This document shows, one piece after another, positions 8,641-16,706 of a DNA stretch of 64,000 nucleotides. This DNA is from Parcubacteria group bacterium (GTDB lineage Bacteria > Patescibacteriota > Minisyncoccia > Moranbacterales > UBA11712): positions 6,348 to 70,347 of the forward strand of contig JBAZXV010000007.1 of NCBI GenBank assembly GCA_041659685.1, given 5' to 3'. Position 1 is the first letter of the stretch, and each line of letters opens with the position of its first letter. Under the pieces are notes generated by a model. That model did no database searches. It saw only the letters and a list, made by a program, of their open reading frames with translations, and had not been told where the DNA came from. Position numbers and translations under genes: made by a program.

Positions 8641-10005
8641 ATGGAAACAAAAAAATCGGACAGCTTGAACGAAAAAATTTTCAAAGCCTATGACATTCGG
8701 GGGGTTTATCCCGATGAAATTAATGAAGATGCGGCGTATCTGATCGGAAAAGCATTTGTTGAATTTTTGGGCTGCAAATCTGTTGTAGTCGGGCGTGATA
8801 TGAGAAAATCTTCGCCCAGCCTTTTCGAATCGCTTGTGAAGGGGATCACCGAGCAGGGAGCGGATGTGATTGATATAGGAATGGTTGCGACGCCAATGCT
8901 CAGCTTTGCTGTCATGCAGTGGAACAGCGAGGCCGGAATCATGGTGAGTGCGTCCCATAATCCGGCGCAGTACAACGCTTTCAAACTAATCCAAAACAAG
9001 AACGGTCTTGCTCTTCAAATATACGGAGGCGGCGGCATAGATGAAATAAAAAAAATATGCATTGCGTCAGAGTTCAGGAAATCAGAGAAAAGGGGGACAG
9101 TTGAAAAAAAATCGATAAATGAAGATTACAAAAGCCGTCTGCTGTCGGTCGCTCAGGGCATAAAAGATCTGAAGATAGTCTGTGACTATGGAAACGGCGT
9201 CGGTTCAATTTCTGCCATGCCCGCACTGGATGTGCTTCCAATAAAAGTTACGCATATGTTTGCCGAACCCGACGGTGACTTCCCAAATCACGCTCCGAAT
9301 CCTCACGATATTGAAAACTTGATTTTTCTCCAGAAAAAAGTTGTCGAAGAAAAAGCTGATCTTGGAATTTTTTTCGACGGAGACGCTGATCGGAGCCAGT
9401 TGGTAAACGAAAAAGGAGAAATTATCTTTCCAGATATGGCGCTGGGCATTTTAGCGCTTGAAGAGCTGGCCAATAAGGGGAAAGGCAAGGTTTTTCACGA
9501 CCTTAGATTTACCAAGGCTGTTTCAGAGAGCATAGGGGAGCACGGGGGCGAAGCGGTGATGATGAGGGTTGGGAACCCTTTTTACAAGGAAGCTCTGAAT
9601 GACGAACAAGGACTGCTCGCAGGAGAGTTTTCGGGGCACATAATGTTCCGCGAATTTTATGGCATTGATGACGGTCTGTATTCCGCCCTTAAATTCATGA
9701 GTATAATGTGCAAGCAAGGAAAAAAAGCCAGCGAACTCGCAATTCCCTTTCAGAAATATTTTCAAACTGAAGAGATAAATATGAAAGTTTCGGACGCAGA
9801 TGCGGCAATGGACAAGGTTAAAGAAAAATATTCAGGCGGGAAACTTATTGCGATTGACGGGATCCTGATCGATTCCGGAGATTGGTGGCTGTCGCTTCGA
9901 AAATCAAACACTGAACCGCTGGTGAGGCTTCGGATCGAGGCAGAAAAAAAAGAGATACTGGACGAGAAGCGCAAGGAAGTGCTTTCCGTGATAGAGTCGG
10001 CCTAA
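8641..10005 (+). CDS. phosphomannomutase/phosphoglucomutase (alpha-D-phosphohexomutase)
   Basis: Active-site SASHNPAQYNAFK, metal-binding FDGDADR loop; 454 aa. Confidence 0.85.
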   Translation: METKKSDSLNEKIFKAYDIRGVYPDEINEDAAYLIGKAFVEFLGCKSVVVGRDMRKSSPSLFESLVKGITEQGADVIDIGMVATPMLSFAVMQWNSEAGIMVSASHNPAQYNAFKLIQNKNGLALQIYGGGGIDEIKKICIASEFRKSEKRGTVEKKSINEDYKSRLLSVAQGIKDLKIVCDYGNGVGSISAMPALDVLPIKVTHMFAEPDGDFPNHAPNPHDIENLIFLQKKVVEEKADLGIFFDGDADRSQLVNEKGEIIFPDMALGILALEELANKGKGKVFHDLRFTKAVSESIGEHGGEAVMMRVGNPFYKEALNDEQGLLAGEFSGHIMFREFYGIDDGLYSALKFMSIMCKQGKKASELAIPFQKYFQTEEINMKVSDADAAMDKVKEKYSGGKLIAIDGILIDSGDWWLSLRKSNTEPLVRLRIEAEKKEILDEKRKEVLSVIESA

Positions 10006-10208
10006 GAGCCTGTTTCAAAAGTCCGTATTCTGCTGCCATCCCTTCGGGAGATCACCCGCGGGGTGACAATTTCACAATTTCGGCTGCAAACAATTCACCG
10101 CTCGTCGGCATATACGCTGTATATTCCTCATCACGCTTCATTGTTTTCGCTCGAAATTTTGAAATTTCGCGACGGAAGAGACTTTCAAAACAGGCTTTAA
10201 GTTAAACG

Positions 10209-10246
10209 AAAAAAACAGCCCGTTGCAAGAAAGGGCTGTTTTTTGT
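10209..10246. terminator. bidirectional rho-independent terminator between manB-like and trpS
   Basis: aacagccc-gttgcaagaaa-gggctgtt hairpin flanked by an A-run and a T-run. Confidence 0.6.
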
Positions 10247-10269
10247 GTTTTAAAATGCGCTCTGAAAAT

Positions 10270-11247
10270 TTACAGCAGGCCTATTTTTTCTCTCACTTCT
10301 TTCATTTTTTCCGTTGCCAGCTTTTTGGCTTTTTCTTTTCCTTCTTCCAATATTCTCAAGACTTCTCTGTCCTCAATTTCATTGTATCTTTTCTGAAAAG
10401 GCTCCAGAAAGCTGATGATAACTTCGGCCAGATCTTTTTTGAATTCCGCATATCCTTTTCCCTGGTAGGAAGCGGCAATTTCTTTCGGCGTGGCATTGTC
10501 GAGAAGGGCATAAATATTCAAAAGATTTTTTATGGCCGGCTTGCCGTCCAAATATTTGATTTCTTTTCCGCTGTCGGTGACGGCCCGCTTTATTTTTTCG
10601 CGAATTTCTTCAGGCGAATCGGTGAGGGCGATATAATTATATTCCGATGTGGCGGATTTAGACATTTTTTTCGTCGGATCATCGAGTCCCATGATTCGCA
10701 TTCCTTCCTTTACAATGTCAGGCTCGGGAACAGAAAATGTTTCCCCGAAAGTATTATTGAATCGGCGGGCAAGGTTTCTGGCGATTTCAACGTGTTGAAG
10801 CTGGTCTTCGCCTACGGGCACAAGGTTCGTGTCATAAAGCAATATGTCGGCGGCCATCAGGACAGGATAGTTGAACAGTCCCGCGTTAATGATCTGTTTG
10901 TGCTCCTTGGATTTGTCCTTGAATTGGGTCATTCGCTCAAGCTCCGGGATTTTCGTGATCGTATTCAAAATCCAGGCCAGTTCCGCGTGTTCGGAAACCT
11001 GAGACTGGACGAAAATCGTCGATTTTTCCGGATCAATTCCGGCGGCCAGATAGATTTTGGCGACCTCAAGCGTTTTTTTCCTAAGCTCTTCAGGTTTTTG
11101 GGGAACGGTGATGGCATGAAGATCCACTACGCAGAAAATTGGTTCGTATTTGTTCTGAAGTTCCACCCAGTTTTTGATGGCTCCGAGATAGTTTCCCAAA
11201 TGGAGCGTTCCGGATGGCTGTATTCCGGAGAAAATTATTTTTGGCAT
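10270..11247 (-). CDS. trpS: tryptophan--tRNA ligase
   Basis: Class I HIGH-type motif TLHLGNY and KMSKS motif; 325 aa. Confidence 0.9.
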   Translation of the reverse strand: MPKIIFSGIQPSGTLHLGNYLGAIKNWVELQNKYEPIFCVVDLHAITVPQKPEELRKKTLEVAKIYLAAGIDPEKSTIFVQSQVSEHAELAWILNTITKIPELERMTQFKDKSKEHKQIINAGLFNYPVLMAADILLYDTNLVPVGEDQLQHVEIARNLARRFNNTFGETFSVPEPDIVKEGMRIMGLDDPTKKMSKSATSEYNYIALTDSPEEIREKIKRAVTDSGKEIKYLDGKPAIKNLLNIYALLDNATPKEIAASYQGKGYAEFKKDLAEVIISFLEPFQKRYNEIEDREVLRILEEGKEKAKKLATEKMKEVREKIGLL

Positions 11248-11417
11248 AAAACTTGTAAAATAATGTTAGCTGGAGTTATAATGTAATTAAATAGTAATCG
11301 GAAACCGGTAATTAGTAAAGAGGGTTGAGGCATCCTCCAAATATGGATGAGGCGCGGAAATGATCTTCTTGACTGCCGGTATATTACCTGTTAACATACT
11401 TCGAGCTTTCTTTATTT

Positions 11418-11768
11418 ATGATGAGACTCATTATTCATATCCTTTCCAATGCTCTTGGCATCTGGGCGGCGGCGCGGCTGGTTGCCGGAATCCATTTCTA
11501 TGGAAATTGGAAATGGCTGATCTTGGCCGGAGCAGTGCTGGGTTTCGTCAATTTTTTTATCAAGCCAATCGTCAAAATAATTTCAACTCCGCTTATTTGG
11601 ATAACATTGGGGCTGTTTACCGTAGTAATCAATGTTCTGATGCTTAATTTGGCGGCCAAAATCGTGGGAGCGCTCGTAATTGACACATGGATGGCGGCAT
11701 TCTGGACGGTGATAATAATAAGCGCGATTAATTATCTGGCTTCGTCTCTCGCGAACGGCGACAACTAA
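11418..11768 (+). CDS. YvlD/DUF360 membrane protein (phage holin 4 superfamily)
   Basis: 116 aa, 4 TM, VINVLMLNLAAKI pattern resembling B. subtilis YvlD-type proteins. Confidence 0.55.
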   Translation: MMRLIIHILSNALGIWAAARLVAGIHFYGNWKWLILAGAVLGFVNFFIKPIVKIISTPLIWITLGLFTVVINVLMLNLAAKIVGALVIDTWMAAFWTVIIISAINYLASSLANGDN

Positions 11769-11808
11769 GAAGATTATAATCAATTTATCGAATAACCAGT
11801 CCTAACGA

Positions 11809-12039
11809 ATGGAAAAAATATTAACAATCATCCAAATAGCCGTTTCGATTCTGCTAACGGTCGCAATCTTGCTCCAAAACCGCGGGGCGGGCCTTGGGTC
11901 TACTTTTGGCGGAGATTTTGGAGGCTACTACACAAAGAGAGGCTTTGAGAAATTTCTTTTTTCCGCCACTATCTTTCTGGGGGCGATCTTTCTGGGGGTT
12001 GCAGTTGCCTTGATCTATATAACCTCAAGGGCTGTTTAA
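11809..12039 (+). CDS. secG: preprotein translocase subunit SecG
   Basis: 76 aa, two TM; hallmark LLQNRGAGLGSTFGG motif. Confidence 0.7.
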   Translation: MEKILTIIQIAVSILLTVAILLQNRGAGLGSTFGGDFGGYYTKRGFEKFLFSATIFLGAIFLGVAVALIYITSRAV

Positions 12040-12097
12040 TTGCTCTTCTGGAAAAACCTTTTGTTCCTTGAATTACTTTTGATTACGAAAATTATAA

Positions 12098-13771
12098 ATG
12101 CGCAGTTGGCAAAAAATTTCTAAAACTTTTTCCGATAAGGAGCGTATAATGGTTGGCTGGCTCATCCTGATTGCGGCGGTGTCACTCATTGTCACGGTCG
12201 GGGCTTTCTACTACCACTATACAAGGGCCGTTCCTGTCATTGGCGGCGAATACAAAGAAGGGATAGTGGGGCAGCCGCTGTATGTAAATCCGATTTTGGC
12301 CGCCGGCAATGATGCTGACGCGGATCTTTGCGCGCTTGTTTATTCCGGGCTTTTCAAATATGACAGCGAGGGAAAAATCGTTCCGGATCTCGCCGAAAGC
12401 TATGAAATTTCCGATGATAAATTAACATATACCCTTCATCTTAAAAAAGATATAAAGTGGCAAGACGATGAGCCTTTTACTGCCAACGACGTTCTCTTTA
12501 CCATCCAGGCGATTCAGGATCCGGCTTTCAAAAGTCCGCTTCGCCAGAACTGGCAGGGAGTTGGGATTGAAGTCGTGGACGACAATACGGTCCGTTTCAT
12601 ACTTCAGAATCCTTATGCCTTTTTCCTTAATAATTTATCACTCGGAATTCTTCCGATGCATATCTGGGGGGCAGTCGCTCCCGGCAATTTTCCGCTGGCT
12701 GAATATAATCTCCGTCCGGTGGGGACCGGTCCCTACAGATTCGTGAATTTTGAAAAAGACGACGAAGGGAATCTTCTCTCTTATGATCTCGAGGCCAGTG
12801 AAAACTATTACGCCCAGAAGCCTTATATAACCAATTTGAATTTTCAGTTCTATTACGACGAAGATTCGATGATAGAAGCTTATAACAACAAGCAAATTTT
12901 CGGAATGAGCTATATTTCTCCTTCAAAGGTGGCCGATATCAAAAGCAAAAAAAGCAATGACATCCATGCCATAAATATCCCGCGCTATTTTGCCGTTTTT
13001 TTCAATCAGCAAAAAAGCAAGGTGCTGGCAGACCGCGAAGTGAGAAAAGCATTGTCTTTGGCTATCGACAGACAGGCCATTATAAACGAAGTTCTGGCCG
13101 GAGAAGGGAAGGAAATATATACTCCCATTCCCCCGGGAACATTCGGCTCCACGGAAGACGTGAAAAAGTTTTCCTTCGATATTGAAAAGGCGAACAAAAC
13201 GCTCGACGACGACGGTTGGAAGCGGGGAGACGACGGCATCAGGAAAAAAGACAATCAGACTCTTGAATTCAATCTGACAACCACCGATTGGCCGGATCTC
13301 GTGCAAACAGCGGAGCTTCTCAAGAAAGAATGGGAGGCAATCGGGGTGAAGGTTGAATATGAAACTCTTCCGGTGGCTGATATTCAGCAAAACTACATCA
13401 GGCCCCGGGAGTACGAAGCTCTTCTTTTCGGGCAAATGCTCGGAATCGATCCTGATCCGTTTGCTTTCTGGCATTCTTCCCAAACTCACGATCCGGGAAT
13501 GAATTTGGCGCTTTATTCCAACACCGAAGTTGATAAGATTTTGGAAAAAACCCGCCAAGAAACAAACGCCGATGATCGGTTGAAGGACTATGAAAAATTT
13601 CAGCAAGATGTGGCCGATGACGTGCCGGTATCCTTTCTGTATAGCCCGAACTATCTTTATATAACCAACAAGATGGTAAAAGGGGTTGATATAACTTCCG
13701 TGGCTACTCCCGATAAAAGATTTGCAAACATTGCCGAGTGGTATATGAAAACGAAAAGAATAAAAAAATAA
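12098..13771 (+). CDS. ABC transporter substrate-binding protein, family 5 (peptide/nickel, OppA/DppA-like)
   Basis: 557 aa, N-terminal TM anchor, SBP_bac_5-like architecture. Confidence 0.75.
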   Translation: MRSWQKISKTFSDKERIMVGWLILIAAVSLIVTVGAFYYHYTRAVPVIGGEYKEGIVGQPLYVNPILAAGNDADADLCALVYSGLFKYDSEGKIVPDLAESYEISDDKLTYTLHLKKDIKWQDDEPFTANDVLFTIQAIQDPAFKSPLRQNWQGVGIEVVDDNTVRFILQNPYAFFLNNLSLGILPMHIWGAVAPGNFPLAEYNLRPVGTGPYRFVNFEKDDEGNLLSYDLEASENYYAQKPYITNLNFQFYYDEDSMIEAYNNKQIFGMSYISPSKVADIKSKKSNDIHAINIPRYFAVFFNQQKSKVLADREVRKALSLAIDRQAIINEVLAGEGKEIYTPIPPGTFGSTEDVKKFSFDIEKANKTLDDDGWKRGDDGIRKKDNQTLEFNLTTTDWPDLVQTAELLKKEWEAIGVKVEYETLPVADIQQNYIRPREYEALLFGQMLGIDPDPFAFWHSSQTHDPGMNLALYSNTEVDKILEKTRQETNADDRLKDYEKFQQDVADDVPVSFLYSPNYLYITNKMVKGVDITSVATPDKRFANIAEWYMKTKRIKK

Positions 13772-14025
13772 TCGATACCTGAAAGATTAAGGAGCCGGTC
13801 CGGGTATCAAAGGAATACAGATTGCAATCAAAACAGTTAACGAGCCAAAATGTTGTTGGCTTGAAGATTATTAAAGATTCTCTTTTCGGCGGCTATTCAA
13901 GAACTGAAAGAAAACAGCCGCTTTCTGGGATTTATTGCCGATCGGAGCGAGTGGAAGGCCCCGCTTTGGCGGGCTCTGGGTAAATGGCAATTTATTTTGG
14001 AATTACCGAAAGAATCAGGGTCGAC

Positions 14026-14054
14026 TTGACAAAATGGCAGGATAGTGATATTAT
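14026..14054 (+). promoter_or_regulatory. consensus-like sigma70 promoter TTGACA-17-TATTAT upstream of the HIT gene
   Basis: TTGACA at 14026-14031, 17-nt spacer, TATTAT at 14049-14054. Confidence 0.5.
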
Positions 14055-14128
14055 TACACAATTACTTGCCCTTGCATAAAAAATACTTTATATAAGACAT
14101 TACTAAGAAAAGCCTCGAATTTAGATAT

Positions 14129-14650
14129 ATGCATAATCATGCAGAGCCGGGTTATCAATGCCCAATTTGTCTTGGTGTTAGAAAAATAGAAAATAAAGAC
14201 ACCTTAATAAAAAAAAGCGATATTGTCTTCCAAAACAAATTGGTTACCGCTTTTGTCGCCTCTTTTTTCGTTGGCAGAAATGCCGGGCACCTGATAATTG
14301 TGCCAAACCGGCATTTCGAGAATATATATGACCTGCCTGAAGAATACGGAAAAGAAATATTCAGGATGTCCAAAAAATTGGCTCTTGCGGCAAAAAAAGC
14401 TTATTTGTGCGACGGAATAACAATCATGCAGAATAATGAGCCAGGCGGCGACCAGCACGCATTTCATTATCATCTTCATATTTTTCCGAGGTATGAAAAA
14501 GATGATTTTTCGAGTAATATGAACAATAAAAAATTAACGGATTTTAGGGTCAGAAGATCCTATGCCGAAAAAATAAAGAGGAAATTAAAAATAAATTTAC
14601 AGGCCGAAGTGGCGGAATCGGCAGATTCACTCCGTACTAATTTCAGTTAA
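14129..14650 (+). CDS. HIT-family hydrolase with N-terminal CxxC
   Basis: Histidine triad HYHLHIFPR; N-terminal CPIC. Confidence 0.75.
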   Translation: MHNHAEPGYQCPICLGVRKIENKDTLIKKSDIVFQNKLVTAFVASFFVGRNAGHLIIVPNRHFENIYDLPEEYGKEIFRMSKKLALAAKKAYLCDGITIMQNNEPGGDQHAFHYHLHIFPRYEKDDFSSNMNNKKLTDFRVRRSYAEKIKRKLKINLQAEVAESADSLRTNFS

Positions 14651-14654
14651 ATCT

Positions 14655-14739
14655 TGGGGATGTGGCGGAACTGGCAGACGCGCTAGCTTCAGGAGCTAGT
14701 AGTAGCAATACTGTGAGAGTTCGAATCTCTCCATCCCCA
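14655..14739 (+). tRNA. tRNA-Leu (anticodon CAG), long variable arm
   Basis: GGGGATGTGGCGGAACTGGCAGACGCGCTAGCTTCAGGAGCTAG... is near-identical in the D/anticodon region to E. coli tRNA-Leu(CAG); T-arm GAGAGTTCGAATCTCTC; acceptor GGGGATG/CATCCCC. Confidence 0.9.
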
Positions 14740-14756
14740 CAAATGAAAAATATTAA

Positions 14757-14808
14757 GCCGAAATTGGTACGGGGCAAGCTCGTGAGAGTTCAAATCTCTC
14801 CTTCGGCA
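14757..14808 (+). repeat. tRNA-like minihelix: partial duplicate of the tRNA-Leu T-arm with its own acceptor-like stem
   Basis: gtgagagttcaaatctctcc matches the tRNA-Leu T-arm (1 mismatch); flanked by GCCGAAA ... CTTCGGC-A; only 52 nt, no D or anticodon arm. Confidence 0.4.
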
Positions 14809-14878
14809 CAATTTAATCAATCCTTTAAAGAACAAAAGCACTGATCATGGATCATTGTTCTCTGTTCACTGAAAAAAA

Positions 14879-16582
14879 ATGATTGCAACAAGAGCGCGCC
14901 GTCCGCAAAGGAGCGGCGTCAGAAATAATTTAAGAGTGATCCCTCTCGGGGGTCTCGAAGAAGTCGGTCGAAACATGACTCTTTTTGAGTACGGAAAAGA
15001 CATTATTTTGGTCGATATGGGTCTTCAATTTCCCGAAGAGGATATGCCGGGAATCGATTACATCATTCCCAACACGGAATATCTTCGCGGAAAAGAAAAG
15101 AACATCCGGGGAGTGATTATCACTCACGGCCATTACGACCATATTGGCGCAATACCTCATCTGATTCCGAAACTTGGAAATCCGACTATCTACGCGACGG
15201 AATTGACGCGGGGCATAATCATGAAGCGTCAGGAGGAATATCACGTTCCCATCAATATAAAGACCGTGAAGAAGATCGACCGGCTGACATTGGGAGCCTT
15301 TAATATTGAGTTTTTCCATGTAAATCATACGATTCCTGACGCAGTGGGTCTTGCCATTACGACTCCGGTGGGAACGATTGTTCATACAGGCGATTTCAAG
15401 TTTGATCACAGTCCGGTAGCGGACGCGCCGGCGGATATCGCGAAAATTGCCCGAATTGGGGGAGAAGGGGTGCTTGCCCTTATGTCGGACAGCACTGACA
15501 GCAATACGCCGGGATATTCGATTTCCGAGTCGGTGATCAGAAAAACTCTCGACGAGCTTTTCAAAGACACCGGCGGCAGGATTATCGCGGCGACATTTGC
15601 CGCCCTTATCAGCCGCATCCAGCAAATCATCGAGCTTTCGGAGAAATACGGCCGGAAAGTCGCCATTGACGGTTATTCAATGAAGACTAATGTGGAAATT
15701 GCCCGCACTCTCGGTTATCTGCAGGTCAGAAAAAATACCATTATTCCCATCAGTGAAGCGAATAATTATCCCGATGATAAAGTGACGATTGTCTGTACCG
15801 GCGCCCAGGGCGAGGGAAAGGCCGTGCTCATGCGTATCGTTAACGGAGAGCATCGGTTTGTAAAAGTTCACAAGAACGACACCGTGATTTTTTCTTCGTC
15901 AGTTGTTCCGGGAAATGAAAGAACAGTTCAGGGACTCAAGGACGGGCTTTATCGGAAGGGCGCAAAAGTGATTCATAACGATATGCTTGATGTTCACGCC
16001 GGAGGGCATGCCCGCCAGGAGGATCTCAAAATGATGATCAATCTTCTCCGGCCGAAATATTTGATTCCTATCCACGGGCACTATTATATGCGCAAAGTCC
16101 ATGGCGAGCTTGCCGAGCAAGTCGGCATGAGTCCGGAAAATGTTCATATCGGTGACAATGGCCAGGTGATTGAATTTGATTATCGGGGCAACGGAAAATT
16201 AATGGAAGAAAAGGTGCCCTCGAGTTATATCATGGTTGACGGGCTTGGAGTCGGCGACATCGGACAGGTTGTCCTTCGCGACCGGCAGGTGCTGGCGCGA
16301 GACGGGATGTTTACTATTGTGACTATTATTGATTCGAAAACAAAGCGGGTTATCGGAGAGCCGCAGGTAACCTCGCGAGGATTCATTTACGTCAAAGAAA
16401 ATTTCGATCTTGTGAACGCGACCAAAAAGAAAGTGAAGGAAGTGGTCCAGCATGCGACTTCGAAAAATGAATCCGTGAACTGGTCTTACGTTAAAGACAA
16501 TATCCGCGATACGGTGGGCCAATTCCTTTATTCCAAGACTCAGCGCCGTCCGATGGTCCTTCCGGTGGTGATTGAGGTATAG
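14879..16582 (+). CDS. rnj: ribonuclease J
   Basis: Metallo-beta-lactamase HGHYDHIG motif, beta-CASP and C-terminal domain; 567 aa. Confidence 0.9.
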   Translation: MIATRARRPQRSGVRNNLRVIPLGGLEEVGRNMTLFEYGKDIILVDMGLQFPEEDMPGIDYIIPNTEYLRGKEKNIRGVIITHGHYDHIGAIPHLIPKLGNPTIYATELTRGIIMKRQEEYHVPINIKTVKKIDRLTLGAFNIEFFHVNHTIPDAVGLAITTPVGTIVHTGDFKFDHSPVADAPADIAKIARIGGEGVLALMSDSTDSNTPGYSISESVIRKTLDELFKDTGGRIIAATFAALISRIQQIIELSEKYGRKVAIDGYSMKTNVEIARTLGYLQVRKNTIIPISEANNYPDDKVTIVCTGAQGEGKAVLMRIVNGEHRFVKVHKNDTVIFSSSVVPGNERTVQGLKDGLYRKGAKVIHNDMLDVHAGGHARQEDLKMMINLLRPKYLIPIHGHYYMRKVHGELAEQVGMSPENVHIGDNGQVIEFDYRGNGKLMEEKVPSSYIMVDGLGVGDIGQVVLRDRQVLARDGMFTIVTIIDSKTKRVIGEPQVTSRGFIYVKENFDLVNATKKKVKEVVQHATSKNESVNWSYVKDNIRDTVGQFLYSKTQRRPMVLPVVIEV

Positions 16583-16620
16583 GTAAATTCAAATCGGCAA
16601 GAAAAAGGAACCATTACGAA

Positions 16621-16658
16621 AGTAAAGAGTCGCTTCAGGGCGACTCTTTACTTTTTTC
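16621..16658 (+). terminator. rho-independent terminator after rnj
   Basis: agtaaagagtcgc-ttcag-ggcgactctttact followed by TTTTTT. Confidence 0.65.
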
Positions 16659-16706
16659 GATTCTTGCTTTACAATTCATAATTAGCTTTTTAACCGGCCC
16701 ATTATA

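Noticed and set aside
10243-11286. 347-aa ORF on the plus strand
   Set aside because: It is exactly antisense to trpS, which has clear class-I synthetase motifs. Its product is low-complexity and F-rich, so it is a shadow ORF.
12923-13606. 227-aa minus-strand ORF
   Set aside because: It lies entirely within the family-5 substrate-binding protein gene on the opposite strand and is a shadow ORF.
13772-14025. Possible SRP/4.5S-like RNA (GGTCCGG...AAGGAA..CAG) in the long intergenic region
   Set aside because: The match to the SRP domain IV consensus is too weak and interrupted, and no convincing helix 8 symmetry is present.
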